From contig NC_068999.1 in assembly GCF_001194135.2 (NCBI RefSeq), forward strand, positions 53,647,254 through 53,711,253: DNA of 64,000 bases, in the 5' to 3' direction. Position numbers and translations under genes: made by a program. Every line of letters begins with the position of its first letter. The first letter of the stretch is position 1. The stretch comes from Octopus bimaculoides (taxonomy: Eukaryota). The notes beneath the pieces are model-generated. The model saw nothing but the letters and a program-made list of their open reading frames with translations. It was not told the origin of the DNA and did not search any database. Shown here in pieces: positions 9,701-22,579 of this stretch.

Positions 9701-11424
9701 TTAGATAAAAACTTATGATCACACTAGGTGACAGCAACGATGACCACACCAACACCACCACCAATACCACCCACCATTAACCTTTACAGGACTTCTGAGA
9801 ATAATGGGAAAGAGGAAGAAAAGCATCCTTAAACTGGAGGTCTGGTCTGAATGCTTGCAATGGAGTGGATTCCCTTAAAGGTATCTAGCATGCAAGGCCC
9901 TTTCTTGGTGGTTAGTTCTATCAACATTTGAGCTTTCATCTTTACATTAATATACTTATAGATGTTAGGAGGGACAATGCTGCTTCATTTGGTGGGGGTC
10001 TTGATGATTTTAGAAGATCATAAGAATTAGTTTGAGTTTGAGCAAAATTGGGTGAGGGCCACCAAAAGATGATTTGCGCAAAGTTGGAATAACTTTGGTC
10101 AGAGGTTTATTTAATCAGGACAAACCTGAGACTAAACTAGTCTTACTTAATTTTACTGACAATCCCTAGATAAACTGAGGCTATGGTCGTCGATGCTGTA
10201 AATGTGTGAATAAATCTACATATCCTTTCAGAGCAATGATGAGTTCTGTCTTGTTACCATCATCATCATTGTCATCATCATCATCATCATCATCATCATT
10301 GTCATCATCATCATCATCATCATCATCACTATTGTCATTGCTGGTGTTGTTGTTGGCTTCAGAATCCTCGTCATCATCATTGCTGTCACTCTCAACATCA
10401 TTGTCCTCAGCCTCATCAGCCTCATCATGATCATGATCATCACCATTGTCATCGTCATCACCATCATTGCTATTGTCATCATCATCATCATCATCAACAG
10501 TAGAAGGAAAAAGTATCATCATCATCATCACCACCACTTCTGCTATATTTACTCATTCCTACTTCTGCTCACAGACCCTTACTTCCACCATCCAGTATGG
10601 TTGTCAGGGTCACTGCACCTGATGCTAATAATCCGTGATGCTGATAATCATCATCAGCAGCATGATTATTATCACCAGTAACTGCCACAAACACCATCAC
10701 CACAATCATCAACACCAACACACTGTAGTTATCATCATCATCATCACCACAACTACCATAATAGTGACCACCACAACTATTGCAACTGCCACCACTCTCA
10801 TCTTCCCCCCCCCACTCTCCTTTCCTCCCTGACTGCTCTTCCCCCTCCCATCTTAACTTCACCACCACCACCACCACCATGTAACTATCATGACTTCCTG
10901 CCGGATTCACAGTTGGATTGGATCAATGTTCTGACAGTTACAGAACTGCGACATAACAATGTTCTTGTTTCAGATATTTATTCAAGCAGTTCAGGCTAAC
11001 AGTTGGTTGGCTAACTCACTAACAAAGCAGTCATCATCATCATCGTCATCATCATCATCGTCATCATCATCATCATCTAATCAATAATAAAGAAAGTAGC
11101 TTAAATAGTTGCATATATACATACATACAGATGCACATACATACACATATATTATATCATCATCATCTATTTACAAGTAAGGTAATATTTTCCTATGATC
11201 AGGCATATTTTTACAGATGAATGGATATGAAGGATGTTGCATACAGGACAGTGACACTCGTTTACGCCTCGCACGCAATGTTAAGTGAAGGAGTTATGCA
11301 TACATGTACACACACATGCACATGCATACATAAATACATACAGACATATCTATCTGTCTATCTATCTATCTGTCTATCTGTTTGTCTGTCTGTCTCTGTG
11401 TACACACACACACACACACACACA

Positions 11425-12030
11425 CAAGGGTGGGCTGACTATAAAAGAGTGATGCTAGAGCTGTGAAATCTTGCATGAATTAATTTCAGCTCTCCTTATT
11501 AATAACTGCATTGTCTTTTTACCCGCTAAACTGACATCTGACTGTTCAAAGAAGTAGTGACTTCTCTTGAAAATGAACAAAATTCAGAATTATGGTGTTA
11601 TCAAGTACCTGCATAATAAGGGTTTAGCCCTCAAGGACATTTGTGCTGTCGTGGTTGCTATGTTAGGGATGACACTCTAGCTTTATTAACAGTTCAAAAG
11701 CTGAATTTAGGAGGGGAAGGGAGAGTCTTGAAGATGATCAAAGGTTTGGACATCCTGCAGCTGCCACCACCAAGGAAAACATTAATCGTGTTCACTACAT
11801 GGTTATGGCTAACAGGCAATTGCCTATAAATCAAATAGCCAATGCTATTAGCATATCTTGTGAGAGAGTTGAGAATACTCTGCGCAATGGACGTGGTATA
11901 ATGAACGTTTTTGCTTGGTGGCTTCCACGTCTTCTGACACCTGATTAAAAGCACACCAGGTTGATTATATTACAGGAAGGTTTGACATTGTTTGAAGCAG
12001 ATCCAGCTGGTTTCCTTGAACATTTTGTAA
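11425..12030 (+). pseudogene. mariner transposon 5' remnant (left TIR plus transposase N-terminus, frameshifted)
   Basis: ATG at 11573: MNKIQNYGVIKYLHNKGL...; then EFRRGRESLEDDQRFGHP...ENINRVHYMVMANRQL...WLPRLLTPD* (mariner WVPxxL motif); CAAGGGTGGGCTGA TIR-like start. Confidence 0.85.
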
Positions 12031-12124
12031 GCTAGGATGAGTAAAGTGTTCATGAAACAATTGTATAATTATGCAATAAAACAAGTCGCTCATGCCACTC
12101 TCCTTGTTAATGTTATATGTAAAT

Positions 12125-12286
12125 GCAGGAGTGGATGTGTGATAAGAATATTGCTTCCCAACTACATGGTTCTGGGTTCGGTTCCACTGTGTGGCATCTT
12201 AGGCAAGTGTCTTCTACTATAGCCTCGGGCCGACCAAAGCCTTGTGAGTGGATTTGGTAGATGGAAACTGAAAGAAGCCCATCGTA

Positions 12287-12323
<37 letters not shown>

Positions 12324-12662
12324 NNNNNNNNNNNNNNNNNNNNNNNNNNNNNNNNNNNNNNNNNNNNNNNNNNNNNNNNNNNNNNNNNNNNNNNNNNNNN
12401 NNNNNNNNNNNNNNNNNNNNNNNNNNNNNNNNNNNNNNNNNNNNNNNNNNNNNNNNNNNNNNNNNNNNNNNNNNNNNNNNNNNNNNNNNNNNNNNNNNNN
12501 NNNNNNNNNNNNNNNNNNNNNNNTCAGCAAAAGAGACCCGATAGAATAAGTACTAGGCTTACAAAGAATAAGTTCCGGGGTCGATTTGCTCGACTAAAGG
12601 CGGTGCTCCAGCATGGCCGCAGTCAAATGACTGAAACAAGTAAAAAAATGAAAGAATAAAAG
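12125..12662 (+). mobile_element. Near full-length SINE family A with assembly gap in its internal (TA)n
   Basis: Head 12125-12285, (TA)n, N-gap 12324-12523, tail ending GACTGAAACAAGTAAAAAAATGAAAGAAT. Confidence 0.9.
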
Positions 12663-12956
12663 AATCACATTGAAAGGAAACCCCTATCACTTCTCTTTCT
12701 CCATTTCCACCTTCTACCATCTGCCCCTAACTGTGGCTTCTTCAATTCTTCCTCCAATATTTTACTATCATTCTGTTCTGCTTCCAGACAATCTGTTTCC
12801 TAAAGTGGACATTGTGTCTTCTTCCACAGAAATGTTTCTATCTATAAATAACTTCTTCAGCAATCAATGTTTAGGAAATTCTACAATTGGATATTGGTCA
12901 CAATTGATGTTTGCTGCTCCGTAACTTCTTCCCTTCTCCCACCACTACATGCGCGT

Positions 12957-13003
<47 letters not shown>

Positions 13004-13543
13004 CACATCTTTTGATGTTGTTTTTATTCTGTATCATTCTCATCCTCTTCCTCCTCATCATATCTCATCTTTGCTTTGTTCTTGTTCATCTTTTTTCTTC
13101 ATCTTCTTCACTTTTGTCTTGTCATTGTCCTCCTCCTCCCATTCCCATCCTTCTTCTCTCTCTTCCTTCTCCTCTACATCCCTCCCTCTTCCCCTTCCTC
13201 TTCCTTTTCTTCTTCTTCTTCTTCTTCAAATTTGATGTTTTTGATTATGTTTGTTCAGTTGTGTCTTATGTATTCCATCTTTGCTGTTTTATGTTGGCTT
13301 CTCAACTGTTGTTACTGCTAGCAATGATGTTCAACAACAACAACAACAACAACGATGAGTCAACAGAGGAAACTCTATGGTTGCTTGTCCTGCTAAACAT
13401 AGCAGCTAAAATCCTCAAAATTATGCCTTACAAATTTAAAATAGGAAGGACATATTGGACAATTTAGTGCTAGATGGATGACTGAGGCTGGAATAATTCT
13501 ATCATAGGTCTACTTGTTCAGGGGTGACTTTGCGCTAAATAAC

Positions 13544-13578
<35 letters not shown>

Positions 13579-14718
13579 TATGCAGTGAAACAGTAACTAC
13601 AGGAAGAAGAAGAACTATGAAAATCACGTCATCGTTTAGCCCTAGGCCAGTCCTGATTGTGCAGACCTATGATGGAAGTCATACCATCCATGACCATCCC
13701 ATCTGTTAATTGCTCTACATTATCCAATGACCTTACGGCTCCCAAGTGAGTAGAATGAAACAATTTGGGTGTGGATATTTAAACAGCTAAATGGATATGT
13801 CGTCATCCAAGCATCATAAACACTGAGCAACGAAGGAACCTCTATGTGGTTACACAACATGTTGGAGATAACAGCTAAGTTTCTCTCACACTACATCTTC
13901 CTATCATAACAACAAGGGGACATTGAATAATGTAATCCTAGATCTGGCATGGATGACCTTTTTCAAGAAGCAGGCTGTATGAGTCATGGCTCATCATCAG
14001 GTGGGCTACAACACCCCCCAAAAATTCAATGTAATTTCCCTGTAGGTGTCCCCATTTAGAAAGTAATGCAGGTACCATTTTGCCCATGACTGTCTTGGAT
14101 ATATAAAAAGACGGAATGGTCATGTTTGGAAGTCCTTTGATCATGTAAACGCTTCCCCCAACAATTGGCCCTACCCATCTGGAGCATCCATTATGCAAAT
14201 GAGAGAGGAAAGGAAAAAGAAGGCAGGGAGAACATGTATTGGTGACCTCTTGACCTATAAACGTTGACAAAAAAGAGTTTTCGTGGTTGACATGTACTTT
14301 TACAGAGGGTAGGCTCATGTGACATACAGCAAGATATGAATCAATGACTTCAAGATTGGTTTTACTGATATTTTCTGAGTTTGTACATTGAGACCATGTA
14401 TTGATACCAAAACCGTTACATTGTGTAAGAGACATCACAAGCCATTTTGAAAATGTAAAAAGCATTTTTGATATTCTCTTTCCATTTATGAAAGAATTTC
14501 GCTGGGCGAAATGCTTAGCGGTATTTCATCTGTCTTTATGTTCTGAGTTCAAATGGTGCTGCAGAGTTTCCCTTCCTGCCTTCTCTTAATAGTTTGAAAG
14601 TGAGAGCTGCCAATCCACACAATCCATTATCACTCTTTAGACTTTAGATAGTGGCTCAGTAGGCTAAGATATACACACACATATACACACACATACATAT
14701 ATATATATATACATATAT

Positions 14719-14882
14719 ACGACGGGCTTCTTTCAGTTTCCGTCTACCAAATCCACTCACAAGGCTTTGGTCGGCCCGAGGCTATAGTTGAAGACACTTG
14801 CCCAAGGTTCCACACAGTGGGACTGAACCCAGAACCATGTGGTTGGTAAGTAAGCTACTTACCACACAGCCACTCCTGCGCC
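14719..14882 (-). mobile_element. SINE family A head, young copy
   Basis: Reverse complement starts GGCGCAGGAGTGGCTGTGTGGTAAGTAGC; several CpGs retained. Confidence 0.9.
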
Positions 14883-16079
14883 TGTTGTTTAACTTTGTCC
14901 CAGCTTGATTAATCATCCATAATATGGAGATATCTGAGACTACGCTGTCCAATGTATTGGATTTTTAAGCCAATAGGATGTGAGCGGAAGTGAAATTTGC
15001 TGCTGTTTCTAGCAAATTGCATGACCATTTAAGAGATCTTCCCATCGGTTCAGTCTTTCACAGCAGGGGACCCCTCTTCCTTAAATAGGAATATATCATC
15101 GTCAGAGCTAAAGGAAAATACCTCAAGAAAACATTCAAAATACTAAACATATATTCATGCAATGGCGTCTCAATTACATCATCCTATTGGACTGACTGGC
15201 ACTTCTTTTATCGACCCCACTGACATATTAACAGCAATGTTCTGCATGTGTGTGTGTGGCAATAAATGTATGTGGCTGTATGTGTGTTTGTGTGTGTCAG
15301 TGTGTATATGGCTGTGTGTGAGTATGTGTATGTACATCTGTGTATGTGTGTTTCAGTCTGTATGTAGATGTATATATGTATATATGTGTGCACATGTGTC
15401 AATGTGTATGTATGTGTGTGTATGTGTCAGTGTGTATATGGATGTGTCTGTGTGTATATGTATCTCTATGCATGTGTATACATATCAGTGATTTTTGTGT
15501 GTGTATATATATGTATGTGGTTGTGTGTGTGTGTGTATCTGTGTGTGGTATGCTGTTTTGTTTTGAAAATTTTTATTTCTTAGTTAATTTTTTATTTCTT
15601 AGTTAATTCATTTATTAAAAAGTTTATAATTAGCACGTGTTCTTGTTTAACCTGACTCTTAGTCATGTGCCTGTCTATAACTGTAACTCTACACTCACTG
15701 TCCAACCTACTTGGGAACTCAAAACTTAAAACTTCTCCCTCTCTCCTTCATTCTCTCTTTCTCTCTTTCTCTCTCTCTCCTTGACTCTTCTCTCTTTTTA
15801 CTACTATATCTGTCACCACCACCACCACCATTACAGCCACTACCATCACCACCACCACAATAACAACCACCACTTTCATCATTATCCTTATTCTCATCAC
15901 CAACTGCTAACCACCACCACCACCACCACCATTAACTCCACCACCTTCATCATCTTTATTCTCACCACCACCACCACCACACCATCCCCATCACCTCCAT
16001 CATCCTCACCACTATCACCACCATCATCATCCACATCATTACCATCAGCCCCAACACCACTACCACCACACCAATGAGG

Positions 16080-16262
16080 GAGCATCTATATGATAGTTAG
16101 ACCTACTAGAAATAGTAGCCAAAATCTCCCTCAAATCATACTGTTATGTAGATAACATAGTCCTAGATTCCTGAAAAATGGCAGAATGGTCACAACTGGA
16201 ATGTCATTGATCATAGGTTTGCATTTACTCAATCAGGGCTGACCTGGGGCTAAACAATAATA
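16080..16262 (+). mobile_element. Repeat family C copy followed by an (ATC/ACC)n tract
   Basis: CCTACTAGAAATAGTAGCCAAAATCTCCCTC...GATCATAGGT...GGGCTAAACAATAAT. Confidence 0.75.
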
Positions 16263-17093
16263 ACACTGTTATCAGCATCACCACTATCACCATATCCGCC
16301 ACCATCACAATCAATACCATCACCATCACCATCATCACCACCACCAACACCTTCAGTATTACCATGATGGTCACCAACACAAATATCATCATCTTCACCA
16401 CCACCATCACCATCCCAAAAGCATCAGCATCACCATCACCATACAAGCAACAAGGAAACACCCAACCCAAATTTCTTCTTCCTCTTTCTCCTCTTTCTCT
16501 CTCTTCCTTCGGTAGATTCCTCTTTCTTCTCCTTTAATGCCTCCACCCCCTTCACAGTCATGCTCTACTCCGCCGCCTTCTTAATTGTTTTCATGTGACT
16601 GCACTTTTGTTTTTGTTGTTGACGTTGTTGTTTATGTGTCACTCTTAATTTCATTAGTTTGTTTTATAACATTTTTTTATTGTTATTTTTTGCTACTAGT
16701 ACCACTCCTCTCTCCTCTGTCCAACCAACCAAGCTGTACTATTTGGTACTGGATTATTATTAATATTATTTAATATTAAAGTTCAAAAAAAGGGTTTTGT
16801 TTTTGGTTTTTCCATGTTTGTCTATTCTGAAGAAATTGGTAAATCTTGGCAGTAAATGTTCAGTTGATATTAATATTCCTCTTGCATCACACAGTGAGGA
16901 ATTCATCATTCTTGAGGTTCTTTGTTGAAACCACTAACACTACCACTTACATCACCATCACCACCACCAGCTTCACTAGTACCAAGAACAAGGACCAAGT
17001 ACATATCTTACAACAGGATTTACATATACCCCCTGCTGACAGTAAACAGTGGAATATACATACACACATTACATATATAAATATATACATACA

Positions 17094-17129
<36 letters not shown>

Positions 17130-17248
17130 TTAAGACCCACAGAGGTCATTCATTACATTATTAAAACTTCTGAGCCAAATATCTTTGCCTGTAAATTATA
17201 ACAAAAAGGTAATCTTTCATTTGTTTTGTACATTTTATTATGTAAGAA

Positions 17249-17299
<51 letters not shown>
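17249..17299. repeat. (ATT)17 microsatellite, i.e. (TAA)n on the LINE strand
   Basis: Perfect 51-bp tract abutting the 3' end of the R4/Dong-like element. Confidence 0.95.
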
Positions 17300-17302
<3 letters not shown>

Positions 17303-18986
17303 TAGTCTTATTTTTATCATGTGCTTTCACTGTACTACCAAGCGCAACTCTGTGTGTGTTGGGTATGTGCTGTGGTTTGTTGTGGTGCTCTTGTTTTCAG
17401 TGTATTGAAAGTATTTTACATAGGATGTGTGCGATACCTAGTAGTGCTGTTTTCTGTATGTTATACATACTAGCAAATCCTGGTGTTTTTGTTATGTATT
17501 TGTCTGAATGTTTTTTTTTTATCATACTTAATGTGCCTACTATGATAGGAATTGTTTCTGGTTTTAGGCTCCAGATTCAAGTTACCTTTGTTACCAGATC
17601 TTTGTATTTTGAAAGTTTCTCTGTTTCTTTTAGAGAGACATTGTCATCTGTTGGTATTGATACATTGATTAGAAAACATTTTTTTTCTTGGTGATCTCTG
17701 ACAACTATATCCAGCCTATTGGCCTTAATTTCTCTAACAGTGTGTATTGGCATATCCCAGATAATGGTCACTTCCACATTTTCTGTGACCTTTTCTACCA
17801 TCTTTTTTCTGTTGTTATTCCATAGTGCTGGCATAGCTTCCAGTGTATATTGGTCTCATCTCTGTCGTGTCTGAATATATTCCTGCTTAGCCAGGACTGG
17901 ACAGCCAGAGACAATATGATTTATTGTTTCTTCTCCATCTCCACATATTCTACAGTTACTTGTTATATTTTTTTCCATTACATGTTTTTGGTAATTTCTA
18001 GTGGGAAGGCTTTGATCATGTTCTGCAATTAAAAATCCTTCAGTCTCTGCTTTGAGTCCTGAGCTTCTCAGCCATTGTTGGGAATTTGCTTTGTCTATTT
18101 CTTTTCTGCTTAGTTTAACCCAATATTTGCCATGAAGGGGCTTTTCTTGCCATCACTTTATCATGATCCGTTGCTGTTCCAGTTTTAATTTGGGGTTTCA
18201 ACTGTTTTACAGCACTTGTTGTTTCTTCTTTTACTTCAGAGATGTTAGGTACTATGACTTCTTTTTTGTATTTGTCAGCTTCCTTAAAGACTGAAAACAG
18301 TTTTTTGTTTTGTTCATGTTTTGTGACTATTTGTATTAGTTTTCCTTGCTTCTGAAGTAGGTATTTCTGTAGTCCTATGGTGGTTATTTTGTAATAGTTT
18401 TCTAGCTGTATAAAGCCTCTACCACTTTCGATACATTGTATATATAGCCTTTCTATGTCAGATTTTGGGTGGTGTATCCTAAATCTTGTCATTATTTTTC
18501 CTCTTTTCCTGTCTATTTTGATTAGTTCATTTAGAGTCTGTTTAAGAATATTGTAGTTGTAACTTATAACTGGGACAGCTAGAGTGTTGATACCTATTAT
18601 CTTGTTTTTCACATTGAGCTCTGTTTTCAGTATTAATCTAATTCGTCTATAGTATTCCTTTTTTATTTTCTCTTTCATTTGTGTGTGTTGTTTCATATCT
18701 AGTTCATTGATTCCTAAGTCTGACTTTGGTCTAATTCTCTGATTTCATTTGCTTTATCTAGTGTTATGTTGCTACTCTTAACTAGTTTTCCTCTTTTCAA
18801 GGTTGCTTTGGCACATTTTTCTAAGCCAAATTTCATGTTTATTTCTTTTGTAAATCCATGTACTGTTTGTAGTAATGTTTCCAGCTGTTTATCATTTGTA
18901 GCGTACAGTTTTAGATCATCCATATACAAGAAATGACTGATTGTTTAGCCATAACAGTTGTATCCACATCCAGTTCTGTTTAGCAT
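17300..18986 (-). mobile_element. R4/Dong-clade non-LTR retrotransposon, 5'-truncated and decayed (RT C-terminal half, CCHC knuckle, restriction-like endonuclease)
   Basis: SHFLYMDDLKLY; KFGLEKCAK; HHPKSDIERLY; GRGFIQLE; CRICGDGEETINHIVSGC (17901-17954); RLDIVV...FLINVSIP...KYKDL; IQKTALLGIAHIL...* (stop 17397-17399); about 100-bp 3'UTR; several stops and frameshifts. Confidence 0.9.
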
Positions 18987-19350
18987 GTCATTATCATTTT
19001 CATATACACTCAATAGACTAGACTGTTGGAAAAGAAAAGATCCTAACATTGGGTTAGATACTTTAGATACCAAGAATCCTCCTATTGGACTACAACAACT
19101 ATCCTTAGATGCCAAGAACCCTCCTAAGTATCCTAGCTGTCCCTAATAACACTGTTTTCTGGAGCTGTACTAAACTGGGTTTTATGCCTATTTCCTCTAT
19201 CTATTTGTTCAGATTTTTAGGGGTAGTTCCCAATGCACCTATAACCACTGGGATTTTACCCGCACTTTCCATAGTCTCTGTAATTCAATAGCTAGGTCCT
19301 GGTACTTTGCTATTTTTTCTATACCTCTCATATTAATGCCTTCATCATCA
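18987..19350 (-). mobile_element. Second R4/Dong-like element, 3' end only, head-to-tail with the first
   Basis: EKIAKYQDLAIELQRLWKV/IPVVIGALGTTPKNL...LQKTVLLGTARILRRVLGI* (stop 19105-19107), homologous to but clearly different from the C-terminus at 17400-17620. Confidence 0.8.
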
Positions 19351-19364
19351 AACTGGAAGATGGT

Positions 19365-19563
19365 ATGTTGCAGAGCTCAAGGCCAGTAAGTTTTAGAGAA
19401 GACAAGTCGATTACATCAACTGCAGTACTTGACTGGTACTTTATTTTATCAATCCCAAAGGCAAAGTCGACTTCTGTGAGATTTGACCGCAGAAGGTAAA
19501 AAGTTGGGAGATGTACTGCTAGCCATTTTGTTCAATGTCCTAATGATTCTGCTAGGTCACCAT
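19365..19563 (-). mobile_element. SINE family B
   Basis: Reverse complement contains GTCGACTTTGCCTTTGGGATTGATAAAATAAAGTACCAGTCAAGTACTGCAGTTGATGTAATCGAC. Confidence 0.7.
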
Positions 19564-20916
19564 CTTCACTTTTGATATGGAGGTTCTAGATTGTTTTGGG
19601 TGTAGTGTAGAAATTTGGATATATTGTACTCACCACTATCCATTTAACACAGAACTGTACCCGAAACAATGTGGCTGCAAAGCAAGATTCTTAACCACGC
19701 TGTCATGCCTGAGTCTACAAAATCTTCCATGGAAAACACTTCCAATATTAAAACAAATTTATTTGGATTCAGCTCCTGTCTCTCAAACAGTGGAGTTCAG
19801 TTTGACAGGCACTGTTTTAGAGAAAAATCTGATCCAGCACCATATTCCGGAAACCCTGGTCAGCTGGTGGGAAAGTAACAAGGGATTCAGGATATGAAGT
19901 TGTTAGACGTTGGTGTCTTAATGCAGGATTGTGAACATGTGGAAAGAGTTGTGAGGCCTGTCTCAACTGGGGATTGCTGAGTGATGTGTGATGTTGTCGT
20001 CGTTGTTATTGCTGCTGCTGCTGCTGCTGCTGTTGTTGTTCAGCTCTAAGGCAGACCTGATTAGGTAAACCTATGATCACAAGTATTCCAGTTATTTTTA
20101 GGAAACTATTTGTGCACTGATTGCAAAATAAGTGTGCTTGCACACATGCACTGCTAAATTAAAACATTAGCGAAAATCTCAAATATTTTTAGCAAGTTGT
20201 AACTGCTAGTGATGGAGCTATATGCCTCAAGATTTCTTGTGTTGTATCACATTATTAACTGAAGCTAAGCTAGAGATAATATTTGTAACAGATTGTGTGA
20301 ATATATTGGTACAAGACAGAACTTGAAACCATTTGGTTGGGAATCAGACATCTTCACCCCACACCTATACTATCGTGTGTAAAGTAAACAGAAAATGGAG
20401 AAATATTGATCAACAACAATTGACTTACATCAATTATTATTTTTTAATTCAATACAAATAGACTGCATCCCATATTGGACTTTACCACATATTAGTAAGC
20501 AAATAATCTAAATTAATTGTTGGACACTTTATTATGATAAAAACTATTATGATTACTTCAAAACTTTATGGTACCTTTACTCCCTCTTTTACAAAACCTA
20601 TTGACATATCCCATTATTGTTAATTTTTTTATTTTTACTTTCTTTTTAATACCCTATTACCCCCATATAAAGTCAATTACATCAATCCAAGTGTTTGAAT
20701 GGTATTTATTTTATTGAGCCTGAAAGGATGAAAGACAAAATCAACCTTAGTCATATTTGAACTCAGAACATAAAAATGGATGAAATGTGGCTGAGCATTT
20801 TGCATGGCATGATTCTACCAGCTTGCTGTCTTAAGTCAAGTTATTCTGTAAAATTTTTTACATTAAACTGAAAGATTACTCAATACTTTTAGTGGAATAC
20901 ATAGTTATTATTCTCC

Positions 20917-21023
20917 AACAAGAATAGTGTTGACAGTAACTTTTTGAAGTTTTGACCTGCTGGCTGTCTGATGAAGGCTAAGCAGACCAAAACTTCGTAG
21001 TCACTGTCAACACTATTCTTGTT
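20917..21023. other. 107-nt imperfect inverted repeat / RNA hairpin
   Basis: 25-bp stem (20917-20941 / 20999-21023), 2x4 internal loop, 16-bp stem (20946-20961 / 20981-20996), 19-nt loop. Confidence 0.8.
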
Positions 21024-21257
21024 AAAGAACAATATATATGTGAGTGTGTGTGTGTATACACACACACATTTATACATACATATATGTATGTGTGTATAGC
21101 TTTAGTTGAGCTATATGTAAAATAACAACAAACATAGCTCTCTCTCAGAACTATTGACTGTAATTGGAATTGAAAAGGTGTTTTTACCACCTGACACATG
21201 CGTGTAGTTACTTGGTTCTTTGGTGACTGTTCATTATCAGAGGTTGGTGTAACTTGC

Positions 21258-21695
21258 CTAGGGCAGCCTCTGTTTAATGGTTGAGCTATTTGAATGGGGT
21301 GCAGTCTGAGTTGTGAGGGACTGGATTTGTGGTGACAATTTATGGGGAAATAACTCCCTAAATGAGAAACCAGATGACTTATCAGGAGGCACTAATGTCA
21401 GCATTATGTCCATTAGTTCTGAAGGCTTGGAATCGCATAACCCATCGGTAGGCTGCAGATTCCTGATCACTAAGCCAAACTTTTTTATGAGTCTATTTTT
21501 TATAGTCTCATATTTGTGAGTAGCTGATGGTTTGGTTAGGATGTCTAGCACCCTTGTTGCTGTGTCCTCATCATAGGCTGTTGTAGTGTACAAATACTTC
21601 ATCAGATCTCAAGTGATATTCTTGAAGGTGAACTGTGCCTCAACTTGTGCATACCATACCCTGGCTCACTTTAGCCAGAACTGTAGGAGCTTAAG
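21258..21695 (-). pseudogene. Ty3/Gypsy gag N-terminal remnant
   Basis: LKLLQFWLK*ARVWYAQVEAQF...KYLYTTTAYDEDTATRVLDIL...KYETIKNRLIKKFGL...GLCDSKPSELMDIML, typical of Gypsy gag (xKLPxFW...WFxQVEAQF...GDRKPSELM); no LTR or pol recognised nearby. Confidence 0.8.
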
Positions 21696-22425
21696 TGGAT
21701 GGTATTTTTGTTTGCCCTGATTATGTATTTCTTTGATCTTTTTCTTTGGGGCCACCATTTATAGCTTTAGCTAAGCTATACATAAAATAAAAACAAATGG
21801 TGATTTGTTGAACTGTCGTTTATTGTGTGTCAAACATTTACAAATGTGAGAAAGAGTGATCCACCATTAAAGCCTATTTCTTGTTTTTTTCCCTCATAGG
21901 AAGTGGTGCCTCTGCCAACTAGTTCAATGACTAGTCTGGAGTAAAAGTTCTTGTCCACAGTTTGTCTTTTACAAGCTTACGGGCAATGCCCTATTTGTGT
22001 GTGTATCTTTGTGTGAGTGGTGTGTGTGTGTATGTGTGTGTATGTCTGTCTGTAAATATGTCATCGGTTGCCTTAGTATCTACACCGTCTTCAACTTCAA
22101 TCTATATTTGCGTCTGTGTCTTTGTATACGTATACATATACATGTAGGTGAAGGCCTGTGTGTGTATATGAGTAAGTATATCTGTGTCTGAGTAGGTGCT
22201 TTGTATGAATATCTGTCCATGGCTATGTATATGTATATGGGATGGTGGTGTCGGGTGCCTGTTTATTTATTTATTTGATCAATATCTCCTTACAGCTTTT
22301 TTTAACATCCTGTTTACACTTTCTGTTTCTCTTTCAGTATCCTTATTACAGTTGCCATCAACGACTACTTTTAGAGATACTGAAGCATGCATAACTATCA
22401 CATTGCATCACACTTGCATGCATGC

Positions 22426-22463
<38 letters not shown>

Positions 22464-22539
22464 GTGCATGGCCTTTGTATACATATATATGTGTGTGTTT
22501 GTGTATGTATGTGCTTATATATATAATAAATTAATATAA

Positions 22540-22579
<40 letters not shown>

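Noticed and set aside
10595-10635. MVVRVTAPDANNP resembling a cadherin motif
   Set aside because: Stop follows immediately and it is embedded in low-complexity sequence; no other cadherin motifs
13938-14465. 175-aa minus-strand ORF in non-microsatellite sequence
   Set aside because: No recognisable motif in any of six frames; one ORF of this length is not clearly beyond chance in 64 kb. A BLASTX would settle whether it is an old retroelement
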